This document shows, one piece after another, positions 9,025 to 19,770 of a stretch of DNA of 64,000 bases. The notes under the pieces are model-generated. The model ran no database searches. It saw only the letters and a list, made by a program, of their open reading frames with translations, and was not told where the DNA came from. The translations under genes and the position numbers were made by a program. Numbering within the stretch: the first letter of the stretch is position 1; each line of letters opens with the position of its first letter. The stretch is taken from the NCBI GenBank assembly GCA_043808785.1, contig JAZDEL010000009.1, positions 1,680 through 65,679 of the forward strand, read 5' to 3'. This DNA comes from Candidatus Iainarchaeum sp. (GTDB taxonomy: Archaea > Iainarchaeota > Iainarchaeia > Iainarchaeales > JAZDEL01).

Positions 9025-9692
9025 GCGCGTGGGAGTGCGCCGCGGAAACCGCGGAAAACCCGGAAACGTTGCGGGGTGTTGATTTGGGCATCTTCGGCGG
9101 AAAGCCCATACTCACAAAGAAGCGCGAGAAGGCGCTGGACGATTTCCGCGCGAACGCGGTTGCCGCGCTCGGGGAACTGAGGCGCGGGACAAAGGACGCG
9201 AATGTCCGCGAACTTTACGACAGCATGATTTACAACATCGGAAGCACGCCCGTTGTATTCCACCCCCTGCGCAACCTGCGGGAAATGATTTACCGCGTGG
9301 GGAACATGGTTTTCGGCTCCGTTACGAAGGGCGAGAGCGTGGAGAGGATTGCGGTTGTGCAGAAGGGCGGCAGCAGCTATATTGTAAGGCGGCATTACAT
9401 AAACATGCCCGCGGAGCACATGTTTAGCGGAGACCGCCTGACAATCGACGGCATCTTCACGCTTGCGCACGAATATGCGCACTTCGGCAAGCCGCTGATT
9501 GCGGAGTTTGCCGCATCCCTGCGCATAACGCCCGATGTTGCCGAGGAACTGCTTGCCGACACGCTCTCGGCAAAACTCGCGGCAAGGATGGGTTTCCCGA
9601 AAAGCGAGGTTCTTGCGCACTTCGAGGGCAGGGATGTTGTTTATGGCCCATTCCCCTTCAGGAAATACCTCGCGCGCGCAATAGGTTTTTAA
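9021..9692 (+). CDS. Hypothetical HExxH (zinc-metallopeptidase-like) protein, translationally coupled to alaS
   Basis: The ORF overlaps the alaS stop (GTGA). It contains AHEYAHF (HExxH). No other recognisable domain. Confidence 0.45.
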   Translation: MSAWECAAETAENPETLRGVDLGIFGGKPILTKKREKALDDFRANAVAALGELRRGTKDANVRELYDSMIYNIGSTPVVFHPLRNLREMIYRVGNMVFGSVTKGESVERIAVVQKGGSSYIVRRHYINMPAEHMFSGDRLTIDGIFTLAHEYAHFGKPLIAEFAASLRITPDVAEELLADTLSAKLAARMGFPKSEVLAHFEGRDVVYGPFPFRKYLARAIGF

Positions 9693-9721
9693 GGAATGTA
9701 CACCATAAATCCTTTTTTAAG

Positions 9722-10873
9722 ATGCCGCATTTTAACGTGCAGAAAGCAAGGCTGGTTCTCGGGGACGGTTCCTCTTTTTCGGGCATTTCGTTCGGTGCAA
9801 ATGCTTCTTCCGCGGGCGAGGTTGTATTCAACACGGGCATGTGCGGATATGAGGATTCGCTTTCAGACCCCTCATATTCGGGGCAGATACTGGTTTTCAC
9901 ATACCCCTTGATAGGTAACTACGGGGTAAGGGCGGAGGCACAGGGAAAGTTTGAAATGCGCCTTGCGGGAAAGGGGAACGGCGGCTTCCCGCCATACAAG
10001 CTCGACAGGAAATTCTTCATAAATAATTTCGAGTCCGAGCGCGTGCAGGCTGCGGGGGTTATAGTGGCGTCATATTCTGGCGCCTTTTCGCACCACTCCG
10101 CTGAAAAATCCCTCGGCGCGTGGCTTGAACAGCACGGCGTTCCCGCGATAACCGGCATAGACACGCGCGCGCTGACAAAAAGATTGCGCGAGTGCGGAAC
10201 GATGCCGGGAAAAATTGAAATAGAGGGCGTAAGTGATGTGCGGATATGTGACCCGAATAAAACCAACCTTGTCGCGGGGGTCGGCATAAAGGAGCCAGTG
10301 GTTTACGAGAGCGGGAAGCGCAGCCCCGCGCATGTTGTTGTCGCGGACTGCGGCGTTAAGAACAACATCCTGCGCATGCTGCTTGCCAGAAATCTCAAAG
10401 TTACGCGCGTGCCGTGGAATTACGATTTCAATTCAATCGAATGCGATGCAATCGTGCTCTCGAACGGTCCGGGCGACCCAAAGATGCTTAATGAAACAAT
10501 CTCTCACGTGCGCGCCGCGCTTGCAAAGGAAACCCCGATTTTCGGAATCTGCCTCGGCAACCAGCTGCTTGCGCTTGCAGCGGGCGCGGACACATATAAA
10601 CTCAAATACGGCCACAGGTCGCAGAACCAGCCCGTACTTTTGCGGGGCACAAAGAAATGCTTCATAACCTCCCAGAACCACGGTTACGCGGTTAATGAAA
10701 AAACCCTGCCCGCGGGCTGGGAATCATGGTTCACAAATCTGAATGACGGAACGAACGAGGGCATAAGGCACGCCAAAAAGCCCTTCATGTCGGTTCAGTT
10801 CCATCCCGAAGCAACTCCCGGGCCTGTGGATACGGCGTTCCTTTTCGGCGAATTTTTGGGGGCTTTGAAATGA
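9722..10873 (+). CDS. carA: Carbamoyl-phosphate synthase small (glutaminase) subunit
   Basis: 383 aa. Class-I glutamine amidotransferase catalytic Cys motif GICLGNQLL. Conserved FHPE near the C-terminus. Confidence 0.95.
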   Translation: MPHFNVQKARLVLGDGSSFSGISFGANASSAGEVVFNTGMCGYEDSLSDPSYSGQILVFTYPLIGNYGVRAEAQGKFEMRLAGKGNGGFPPYKLDRKFFINNFESERVQAAGVIVASYSGAFSHHSAEKSLGAWLEQHGVPAITGIDTRALTKRLRECGTMPGKIEIEGVSDVRICDPNKTNLVAGVGIKEPVVYESGKRSPAHVVVADCGVKNNILRMLLARNLKVTRVPWNYDFNSIECDAIVLSNGPGDPKMLNETISHVRAALAKETPIFGICLGNQLLALAAGADTYKLKYGHRSQNQPVLLRGTKKCFITSQNHGYAVNEKTLPAGWESWFTNLNDGTNEGIRHAKKPFMSVQFHPEATPGPVDTAFLFGEFLGALK

Positions 10874-12102
10874 GTTTCGCACAGGAAATGTACCCTCTCC
10901 CGAAACTATTTAAGCGCGGGCTGAACTTAATATTCATGGTGCCGCATTTGGATGCCGTAAAATCCGTTCATTTCTGGGATTTGCCCGAAACAACGAGGTT
11001 CGTTTTGGACCGAAATTTTTGTGCCGAACTTTTTGATAAGGCGGCCGGGGGAAGCCTCCGCTCGCTGGCTTCAAAATTGGGCGTTTCTTACCCGCGCGCC
11101 TGCCATCTGAGGCGGCCTTTGTATTCAATCCCTAAAGGCGTCCTGATGTGCCTGATAATTTTGAGTGCCATTGAAAAGGCGGATGTCGAAAATAAAATTA
11201 TTGAAATAAAAACCCGCTCAGGAGGCGGTTCCAAAGTTAAATTTCCCATTAACGGCAACAGGGCAATAGCCTCGCTTGTAGGGCACGTTTTCGGTGATGG
11301 GTGCATTTATTCGAAAAAACGGCAGTTCGAATACGGCAATACCAAACCCGAACTTCTGGAATCCGTAATGAAATTGGTCGGCGATGTTTTGTGTGCGGAG
11401 CCAATAAGGATTGCCGAAACAAGGCTTGTTTATTCGGCAATTGTGGGGGATATTTTGCTGTTGTTTGGCGCACCGAAAGCGCCTAAACTGAATTCAGATT
11501 CTCCCGTGCCGGAATGGATTATGGCCGGCCCGAATGAATTCAAGGCGGCATTTCTCGGGGCTTTGTTTGACGATGACGGTTCAGTTATGTATTCGGAAAA
11601 ATATGCCGCAAAAGGCATTAACCTGTACCAAACAAGGCACGAAAAAAATCTGGATTGCTTGATGCGCCTGATGAGCCAGGTAAAAACTATGCTGTCTGAT
11701 TTCGGCATACTTGCGGGCAAGCCTTCCGTAAGCAGGAGTTATTCCAAGCCGGATGGCGCCCATATTGTCGCATATCTGAACGTTACCGACATTGAAAGCA
11801 TGCGGAAATTTAATGAATCGATAGGGTTTGCCCACATTGAAAAAAAAGTGAAATTGGAAAAGATTCTCTCCAGAAAAATAATTTACAGCAAAACCCGCGA
11901 AGCCGTGCTGTCGAAAGAAATCCTCGGATTTTTGGCGGTGCGCGGGGCATCAACCGCAAAAGTTTCGGAGGCCCTGTCACTCGATAAATCCAAGGCTTTA
12001 AAGAAACTTCTCAGGCTTGAATCAAGAGGGCTTGTCAGGAGGGCGGGAAGGGCCGCCCCGAACAGGTCTTTTATCTGGCAAACGAGGGAGGTGACATGCT
12101 GA
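10870..12102 (+). CDS. Free-standing double-motif LAGLIDADG homing-endonuclease-like protein with a C-terminal wHTH-like tail
   Basis: Two LAGLIDADG motifs (LVGHVFGDGCIY and LGALFDDDGSV) about 100 aa apart. The ATG overlaps the carA stop (ATGA). The C-terminus ...LRLESRGLVRRAG is wHTH-like. Confidence 0.8.
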   Translation: MSFAQEMYPLPKLFKRGLNLIFMVPHLDAVKSVHFWDLPETTRFVLDRNFCAELFDKAAGGSLRSLASKLGVSYPRACHLRRPLYSIPKGVLMCLIILSAIEKADVENKIIEIKTRSGGGSKVKFPINGNRAIASLVGHVFGDGCIYSKKRQFEYGNTKPELLESVMKLVGDVLCAEPIRIAETRLVYSAIVGDILLLFGAPKAPKLNSDSPVPEWIMAGPNEFKAAFLGALFDDDGSVMYSEKYAAKGINLYQTRHEKNLDCLMRLMSQVKTMLSDFGILAGKPSVSRSYSKPDGAHIVAYLNVTDIESMRKFNESIGFAHIEKKVKLEKILSRKIIYSKTREAVLSKEILGFLAVRGASTAKVSEALSLDKSKALKKLLRLESRGLVRRAGRAAPNRSFIWQTREVTC

Positions 12103-12103
12103 T

Positions 12104-15100
12104 TTGAAAACAAAAAACCACCCAAAGCCGAAGAAGGTTCTCGTGCTGGGTTCGGGCGGGCTGCAGATAGGGCAGGCAGGCGAAAGCAACTTGTGGTTTC
12201 ATTGAAACTATAATTGCCGCCAATTCGACTACTCAGGCAGCCAGGCGATAAAGGCGCTGCGCGAGGAGGGCATAAGCACCGTGCTCATCAACCCCAACAT
12301 CGCCACAGTGCAGACAGGGAAGGGGTTCGCAGATAAGGTTTATTTCCTCCCCCTTACGCCCGAATTTGTCGAAAGGGTGATTGCTCGGGAGAAGCCTGGC
12401 GGCATACTACTCTCCTTCGGCGGGCAAACCGCATTGAACTGCGGCCTCGAACTCGAACGCAGGGGCGTTCTGCGCAGGCACGGGGTAAGGGTATTAGGCA
12501 CGCCTGTGAAGGCAATTGCACTCACGGAGGACAGGGAAAAATTCAACAGCGAACTCGGGAGGATAGGGGTTAAGGTGCCGAGCAGCAGCGCTGTAACCAC
12601 TGTGCCCTCGGCCCTTAGCGCGGCGGAAAAATTGGGCTACCCCGTGATTGTTCGCGCCGCATTCGCATTGGGGGGCAGGGGTTCGGGTTTTGCGAAAAAC
12701 AGGGAGGAATTAAGGGGCATCGCGGGGCGCGCGTTCACGCACTCGAAGCAGATTCTTGTGGAGGAATGCCTGAAGGGCTGGAAGGAAATCGAATACGAGG
12801 TTGTGAGGGATGTGCACGGCAACTGCATAACAGTTTGCAACATGGAGAACTTCGACCCTTTGGGAATACATACGGGGGAGAGCATTGTTGTTGCTCCCTC
12901 GCAGACGCTGAACAACAGCGAATACCACATGCTGCGTGAAATCTCGATACGCACGATAAGGCATTTCGGAATAATCGGGGAATGCAACATACAGTTCGCT
13001 TTGGACCCGAAAAGCGAGGAATACAGGGTTATCGAGGTTAACGCGCGCCTCTCGCGCTCGAGCGCGCTCGCTTCAAAAGCCACTGGTTATCCGCTCGCGT
13101 TCGTTGCCGCAAAACTCGCGCTCGGCTATTCCCTTGCCGAACTTGAAAACAAGGTCACAAGGACAACGAAGGCATGCTTCGAGCCCGCGCTGGATTATAT
13201 TGTCGTGAAAATTCCCCGCTGGGATTTGCAGAAGTTCAGGCGCGTTTCAAGGCGCATAGGCACCGAGATGAAGAGCATGGGGGAAGTGATGGCGATAGGC
13301 AGGACTTTCGAGGAGGCGATGCAAAAAGCCATAAGGATGCTTAACACAGGCATGAACGGCCTTGTGTGCAACAGCGTGCATTTCCTGAAACTGCGCAGGA
13401 GCATTGCCCACCCCACTGATAAGAGGATTTTCGCGGTTATAGAGTCTCTTGAGAAGGGTTACGGCATCGACAGGATACACGCGCTGAGCGGCATTGACAG
13501 ATGGTTCCTCCAGCGCCTTGAGAATGTGGTTGCGCTGAAGAAGGAAATGGTTAAGGGAAACTGGACAGCGCAGGCAATTCCCGCCGAAGTGCTGCTGCGC
13601 TGCAAACAGCAGGGGTTTTCGGATAAGCAGATTGCAATTTTGCTCCGTGGCGGCGGGGATGCGGGGGCGGGCGCAGACGGCGCGAAAATGCGCGGCTCGC
13701 CGGGCGGGGCGCAGGAGGCCGCGGTGCGCGCGAGAAGGCACGCCCTCGGCCTGCATCCTTTCGCAAGGCAGATAGACACGCTTGCAGCGGAATTCCCGGC
13801 GCGCACGAATTACCTTTACCTCACTTACAACGCAACCGAGGATGATGTAAAATTCCCGCGCGGGAAGAAGGCGCTTGTGCTCGGCAGCGGCGCATACAGC
13901 ATAGGCTCCAGCGTCGAGTTCGACTGGTGCTGTGTCGGCGCTGTTAACGCGCTCAAGCGCGCAGGGTTCGGCACGATAATGCTCAACTGCAACCCTGAAA
14001 CCGTCTCAACGGATTATGATGTGTGCGACAGGCTCTATTTCGAGGAAATCAGCCTTGAGGCAGTTCTTGAAATTTACGGAAAGGAAAAGCCGCGGGGGGT
14101 TGTTGTTTCAGCAGGCGGGCAGATACCTAACGGCCTTGTGCCGAAGCTCGCGCCCGCGGGAGTAAAAATTTTCGGAACGCCCGCGGAAAGCATAGACCGC
14201 GCGGAGGATAGGCATAAGTTTTCCGCCCTTCTCGATTCCCTTGGGATTGCCCAGCCGGAATGGCGCCAACTCACAACGGAAAAGCAGGCGCTTGAATTTG
14301 CAGCGCGCGTTAACTATCCGGTGCTTGTAAGGCCGAGTTACGTGCTCAGCGGTTCCGCAATGCGCGTTGCTTTCTCCCCCGCGGAACTCTCCTCATACCT
14401 GCGGGAAGCCACTTCGGTTTCTGCCGAGTACCCTGTTGTGATAAGCAAGTTCATCCTCGGCGCAAGGGAGGTTGAAATTGATGCTGTTGCCTCGAAGGGG
14501 GAAATGGCGGTTTGGGCGATAACCGAGCACGTGGAGAACGCGGGCGTTCACTCAGGGGATGCCACTATGGTTCTCCCTCCCCAGCGCACAAACCTCGAAA
14601 CCGTGCGCAGGATAAAGCATATTGCGAGGCGGCTTGCCTCCTCGCTCCGCATTTCAGGGCCTTTCAATATGCAGTTCCTTGCAAAGGACAACAATGTGCT
14701 CGTGATAGAGATGAACCTGCGCGCCTCGCGCTCGTTCCCGTTTGTTTCGAAGGTTTCCGGCACGGACTTTATCGATGCCGCGGTTTCGGCAATGCTCGGC
14801 GCGAAAGCGAAGCACGCAAATTCCTCCTCACTCGGGCCTGGCAAGGCGCCGCACACCAACTCATCCTCACTCGAGCTCGACCATGTGGGCGTGAAAGTTC
14901 CGCAGTTCTCCTTCTCAAGGCTGCACGGCGCAGACCCTAAACTCGGGGTTGAAATGGCTTCCACGGGAGAAGTTGCGTGCATAGGCCCTGATTTGGAGGA
15001 TGCGTTCCTCAAGGCAATGCTTTCAGCGGGCTACTCGATGCCCAAAAAGAACATGCTTGTCAGCATTTCAGGGGACAGGAACAGGGAAAAACTGCTTGAC

Positions 15101-15451
15101 GCGGTGAAGGCAGCGGCAGTTGCAATGCGCCTTAACATATTCGCGACGGAAAATACCGCGCGCTTCCTGCGCGCGAACGGCGTGAAATGCAGGCGCCTGT
15201 TCAAGGCTCACGAAAACAAGAAGCCGAATGTGCTCGGCTACCTGCACAGCGGCAGGCTTGATTTCGCGATATGCGTCCCCGACCCGCAGGTTGCCGCGGA
15301 AATGGGCGGCGCATACCTCCTCAGGCGCGCTGCCGTCGATTATTCAGTCCCCCTTATAACTGATGCCGAGGTCGCAAGGCAGTTCCTGAAGGCGATTTCC
15401 GCAAAGAAGCCCGAGGAGCTTGACATAAGGCCGTGGCAGGAGTATTTCTGA
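12104..15451 (+). CDS. carB: Carbamoyl-phosphate synthase large subunit, interrupted by a 39-nt insertion (12185-12223) carrying an in-frame TGA
   Basis: TTG 12104 follows GGGAGGTGA. The N-terminal exon KTKNHPKPKKVLVLGSGGLQIGQAGE ends at 12184. After the insertion the frame resumes at 12224 with FDYSGSQAIKALREEG... and continues as 12281..15451 in the ORF track. The two ATP-grasp halves and an MGS-like C-terminus are present. Confidence 0.85.
12185..12223 (+). other. 39-nt insertion in carB with an in-frame UGA; folds as helix / 3-nt bulge / 4-bp helix / hairpin, so a candidate BHB-type mRNA mini-intron
   Basis: Removing AGCAACUUGUGGUUUCAUUGAAACUAUAAUUGCCGCCAA restores the universal GQAxEFDYSG motif. 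Exonic GGCG pairs with CGCC at the insertion's 3' end. An AAA bulge spans the 5' junction. GCAA/UUGC forms a 4-bp helix, followed by a 10-bp stem with a 3-nt loop. Confidence 0.5.
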
Positions 15452-15492
15452 GGGTTTAATGCACAATACGTTGGAATAAAAACCTTTTTCCA

Positions 15493-18273
15493 GTGAAATT
15501 TAGTGTCGTGGTTTCCATGGGCACGGACTACAACAAAATCGCGCAGAAATGGCAGAAGCGCTGGGCAGGCGCAAGGCTTTTCGCCGCAAAGGACGGCAAG
15601 GGCAAGAAATATTACATCCTTGAAATGTTCCCATACCCCTCGGGAAAACTGCACATAGGGCATGTCAGGAATTATTCAATCGGCGATTCTTATGCACGCT
15701 ACAAGCGCATGCAGGGCTTCAATGTGATTTACCCCATGGGCTACGACGCCCTGGGCCTGCCTGCGGAGAACGCGGCAATAAAGGGCGGCGTGAATCCCGA
15801 AGAGTGGACATGGGCAAGGATAAGGGAGATGCGCTCCCAGCAGGAGCAGCTGGGCTTCTCCTATGATTGGGCGAGGGCATTCGCAACCTGCGAACCCGCC
15901 TATTACAAATGGAACCAGTGGATTTTCCTGCAGTTCCTGAAAAAGGGGCTTGCATACCGCAAAGGCGCGAAAGTGAACTGGTGCGCGAAGTGCGGAACCG
16001 TGCTCGCGAACGAACAAGTCGAGGAGGGGAAATGCTGGCGCTGCAAGGGCACGGTGGATGAACGCGAACTTGAGCAGTGGTTCCTGAAAATTACGGCATA
16101 CGCGGATGAACTGCTCCGTGATTTGGAAAAACTGGAGCACTGGCCGCAGCGCGTAAGGACAATGCAGAAGAACTGGATAGGGAAGAGCAAGGGAACGGAG
16201 GTTTTCTTTGCGATTGCAGGCACAAACAAAAAAATTTCCACTTTCACAACCCGCCCCGATACATTGTTCGGCATGACGTTTGCCGCAATCGCTCCCGAGC
16301 ACCCGCTTGTTGAGGAACTTGTGAAGGGAACCCCGCGGGAGGGCGACGTTAAACTTTTCGTGCGTGAAGTGAAACAGCAGAGCATTGCCGACCGCACTGA
16401 TGAATCAAAGGAAAAGCAGGGCGTTTTCACAGGGCGCCTGCTTGTTAACCCCGTTAACGGCGCGGAAGTGCCGCTCTTTGTCGCGAACTTTGCCGTTATG
16501 GAGTATGGCACAGGCATCGTGATGTGCGTACCCGCGCACGACCAGCGCGATTTCGAATTCGCGAAGAAATACGATTTGCCGATAAAGGTTGTGATAACAC
16601 CGGAGGGCAAGGAACTGAGCGCTGGCGGGCAGGGTGCAGGGGAACCGAATGCGGACGGAATGGAGCGCGCTTACGTTGATGAAGGCGTGCTTGTGAACTC
16701 GGCGCAGTTTAATGGCGCAGGCAATATTGATGCTATTGAAAAAATCTCCGACTGGCTGGTTAAGGGCGGCAAGGCGAAGTGCGCGACATATTACAAACTG
16801 CGCGACTGGCTGATTTCGAGGCAGCGCTACTGGGGCACGCCGATACCGGTGATTTACTGCCCAAAATGCGGAATGGTTCCCGTGCCTGAAAAGGAACTGC
16901 CCGTGCTCCTGCCGAAGGGGGCGAAGTTTACGGGCGAAGGGAACCCGCTCGAGGGCGTTGGAAGTTTCGTTAACGCGAAATGCCCCAAGTGCAAGGGAAA
17001 GGCGCGCAGGGAAACGGATACGATGGACACCTTCTTCGATTCAAGCTGGTATTTCCTCAGGTATTGCTCGCCGAAGGAAACCAAACTGCCGTTCTCGAAA
17101 AAGGCTGCCTCATACTGGATGCCTGTCGACCAGTACATCGGCGGAATCGAGCATGCGATAATGCACCTGCTTTACGCGCGGTTTTTCACAAAGGCGCTGC
17201 GCGACCTGAAACTGCTGAACTTCGGCGAACCCTTTGCGCGTTTGCTTACCCAAGGCATGGTTTTGAAAGGCGGCAAAGTGATGAGCAAATCCCTCGGGAA
17301 TGTTGTTGACCCCGGCACAATTATGGGCAGGTTCGGGCCGGACACGATGCGCTTGTTCATCCTTTCTGTTGCCTCGCCCGAAAAGGAACTCGAGTGGAGC
17401 GACAAGGGCGCGGAATTGACGCACAAATTCCTGGACAAATTCTTTGCGCTGGTTCAGGATAATAAGAAAGCGGCAGCGAAGCCCGCCAAGATTGGCGCCA
17501 AGCCCCTATCCTCCCGCGACAGGCTGATGCTCAGCAAAATCAACCGCACAATCCTGCGCGTTACGGAAGCGATAGAGGAATTCAGGCTGAACTTTGCGAT
17601 TAATGCTGTTGTTGAATTGGTGAATGCGCTGCACAAGTATGCCGAGGAAGGGGGGGCAAAGCAATCGCCGCAAACCAGTGCAGTCCTTGGCACTGGCATT
17701 CGCACTTCCGTGCTTCTCCTCTCCCCCTTCGCCCCGCATACCTGCGAGGAACTCTGGGAAATTGCGGGGGGAAAAGGCTTTGCCTCCACAGCGCCCTGGC
17801 CAAAGTGCGACAAAAAAATGATTGATGAGAAAGCGGAGCAGGCAGCGGATTTTGTGGATGCCGTTGTCGCGGACATCGAGGCAATCAAGGGCATAGCGAA
17901 CATCCCCGTGCCTAAAAAGATTGTGCTCTACACCTGCCCCGCGTGGAAGTGGAAGGCGATGGAGCAGGTTGTGAAAGTCTGCGTGCCGAAGCCCGATGTC
18001 GGCGCTGCAATGAAGGCAGTGATGGGCGATGCGGAACTGCGCAAGTACGGAAAGGAGGCGCAGGTCTGCGTTAACGCGTTCGTGAAGCGCGCGCCTGAGT
18101 ACAGGGGCGTGAAGAAGATTGACGAACTCGCCGCCCTTAGGGAAGCTGCGGAAGCACTGAAGCAGAGGTTCGGCTGCGAGGTTCTCATCGAGCGCGCGGA
18201 CGTGTGCTCATGCGACCCAGCGGGAAAGGCGAAGAACGCGCTCCCTTTGAAGCCCGCGATTTATGTCGAGTGA
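15493..18273 (+). CDS. leuS: Leucyl-tRNA synthetase, archaeal type
   Basis: 926 aa with HIGH ([10 protein letters not shown]) and KMSKS (VMSKSLGN) motifs and a CP1 editing domain. The true start may be the ATG at 15517. Confidence 0.95.
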   Translation: MKFSVVVSMGTDYNKIAQKWQKRWAGARLFAAKDGKGKKYYILEMFPYPSGKLHIGHVRNYSIGDSYARYKRMQGFNVIYPMGYDALGLPAENAAIKGGVNPEEWTWARIREMRSQQEQLGFSYDWARAFATCEPAYYKWNQWIFLQFLKKGLAYRKGAKVNWCAKCGTVLANEQVEEGKCWRCKGTVDERELEQWFLKITAYADELLRDLEKLEHWPQRVRTMQKNWIGKSKGTEVFFAIAGTNKKISTFTTRPDTLFGMTFAAIAPEHPLVEELVKGTPREGDVKLFVREVKQQSIADRTDESKEKQGVFTGRLLVNPVNGAEVPLFVANFAVMEYGTGIVMCVPAHDQRDFEFAKKYDLPIKVVITPEGKELSAGGQGAGEPNADGMERAYVDEGVLVNSAQFNGAGNIDAIEKISDWLVKGGKAKCATYYKLRDWLISRQRYWGTPIPVIYCPKCGMVPVPEKELPVLLPKGAKFTGEGNPLEGVGSFVNAKCPKCKGKARRETDTMDTFFDSSWYFLRYCSPKETKLPFSKKAASYWMPVDQYIGGIEHAIMHLLYARFFTKALRDLKLLNFGEPFARLLTQGMVLKGGKVMSKSLGNVVDPGTIMGRFGPDTMRLFILSVASPEKELEWSDKGAELTHKFLDKFFALVQDNKKAAAKPAKIGAKPLSSRDRLMLSKINRTILRVTEAIEEFRLNFAINAVVELVNALHKYAEEGGAKQSPQTSAVLGTGIRTSVLLLSPFAPHTCEELWEIAGGKGFASTAPWPKCDKKMIDEKAEQAADFVDAVVADIEAIKGIANIPVPKKIVLYTCPAWKWKAMEQVVKVCVPKPDVGAAMKAVMGDAELRKYGKEAQVCVNAFVKRAPEYRGVKKIDELAALREAAEALKQRFGCEVLIERADVCSCDPAGKAKNALPLKPAIYVE

Positions 18274-18339
18274 AGTTGCGGGCGTCCTTGTGTTGCTGAA
18301 CAGATATTCTTTTATATTCGGGCACACCTAATTATAGTC

Positions 18340-18486
18340 ATGTACGCAAAGACCCGCACTATTGGGAAGCCTTATTCCAAAGGGCAGATTAGGGAAATAA
18401 AGAGGCTTTTTGCCATTCTTAAGAAGGCAAGGCATTCGGATAGCGTTAACGCCTACACCAGGAATCTTATTGCCGGCCTTAAAGCT
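18340..18486 (+). CDS. Small hypothetical protein (48 aa)
   Basis: ATG at 18340 with TTTTATATTC about 30 nt upstream (leaderless-type). Basic peptide MYAKTRTIGKPYSKGQIREIKRLFAILKKARH... Below the ORF-track size cutoff. Confidence 0.25.
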
Positions 18487-18965
18487 TAGCCAATTCTTCT
18501 ATTTTGATGAATTTCGGCGTTTCAAGGTCTTTTTGCCTGTTGACTTCTTTATATGCCTGCAAGGCTTTCCTTGATTTCATTGTTCTCTCGTCTTCCGAGA
18601 CAATAATATCGAGCCTGTGGATTGTTGCAATAGCCACTATTATAAAGTCGGGCATCATTTTTCTTTTTGCGGTTCCGCCCCTGTACGCCCGCCAGTATTC
18701 TTCCGCAAGCGTTTCCGCAAGGCTTTCGACGGGATAGCTGTGGTTTTTTGTGATTCTGTCGTATATTGAAATCAGCGTCTGCCTGTAGTTATGCCCTTCG
18801 ACTGCGATTGTTTTCGGTATTTCCCTCAGTTCGTCCCTTATCGTTTTTGCATCCGTAAATAACAAGACGGCTCGATTCGATTAACTTCAATATCTGTTGC
18901 AGGTCTTTCCTGTACAAAATCTCGTAAGTGTTCGTGTCGAGCATCGCCCTCAATGGTTGGTTCAT
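18479..18965 (-). pseudogene. PIN-domain (VapC-like) gene disrupted by a frameshift near 18868
   Basis: ATG 18965 gives MNQPLRAMLDTNTYEILYRKDLQQILKLIESSRLV (PIN strand 1), which terminates after about 55 codons. The rest of the PIN fold (..FTDAKTIRDE...MPDFIIVAIATIHRLDIIVSEDE...) continues in a different frame, as ORF 18479..18865. The region is AT-richer than its surroundings. Confidence 0.45.
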
Positions 18966-19000
18966 GATATTATAGGGCCAAGAAAAGAATAAAAGCCCGC

Positions 19001-19768
19001 CTATTTTTCGCCAGCCGAATTTGCTGCAAGTTCCGTTTTTCCTTGCTCCATCTCGAGCATTTTTTTGAATATCCTGACCACATCCGCATATTTTGCCTTG
19101 CTGGGGAGTGCTGAGGCGACCACATTCGGATTTTCTGCAACAATTCTTCGTATAGTCGCCCTTTTTGTTTTGGATTTTGGCGCTGCATCGAATATTGCGA
19201 AAGCCAGCATGCGCCCGATAATATGCCTTGCAGCATCCTTATTCGGAATGGGTGCGACACCCTTCTCTTTTGAGAATTTCTCAATAACTTCGAGAACTGG
19301 CTTGTCGTTTTGAATATTTAAATACTCGTAGTATCTGTTGTGAAGTCTTGCTTCCTTCAATAATAGCGCCTCTATAGCATAGCTGTCTGCGACTGTCGCG
19401 GAAGCAATATCGTCAATATTGCTGAGGCGAAGATGTCGTTTGTAATCACGCGGCCCATATTGCATTTTTAGGATTTCCCCCCTTTTTTTTGAATATGCGG
19501 CATGCCCCGTCTCATGTGCAATCACATATTCGGGCATATTTTTCTTTAACAAGTAAATGGTTCGTTTTGTCTTCTTGTTGGGGTTGCGACTATTTATTAT
19601 CTCCATGTTTCCAATAGAATTTGACGGCAAATCCTTTATAACTTTTCCAAGGCTTTCCTTGGTTGTGACGTGCACTTTCACGCCAAGCGGCCCTGTGCCG
19701 AGTTCATTCTGGATTTGCTTTTTCATTCTCTTGTAATAGCGTCTCAGCGGTTTTGGGAAATGAGCCAT
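19001..19768 (-). CDS. Hypothetical HExxH metallopeptidase-like protein
   Basis: 255 aa. Motif VIAHETGHAAY. No other recognisable domain. Part of the low-GC islet between leuS and argS. Confidence 0.5.
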   Translation of the reverse strand: MAHFPKPLRRYYKRMKKQIQNELGTGPLGVKVHVTTKESLGKVIKDLPSNSIGNMEIINSRNPNKKTKRTIYLLKKNMPEYVIAHETGHAAYSKKRGEILKMQYGPRDYKRHLRLSNIDDIASATVADSYAIEALLLKEARLHNRYYEYLNIQNDKPVLEVIEKFSKEKGVAPIPNKDAARHIIGRMLAFAIFDAAPKSKTKRATIRRIVAENPNVVASALPSKAKYADVVRIFKKMLEMEQGKTELAANSAGEK

Positions 19769-19770
19769 CC

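Noticed and set aside
10870-12102. LAGLIDADG ORF as an intein inside carB
   Set aside because: It is a separate ORF between carA and carB with its own start overlapping the carA stop. There is no Cys/Ser/Thr +1 junction and no terminal His-Asn. The carB N-terminus starts downstream of it.
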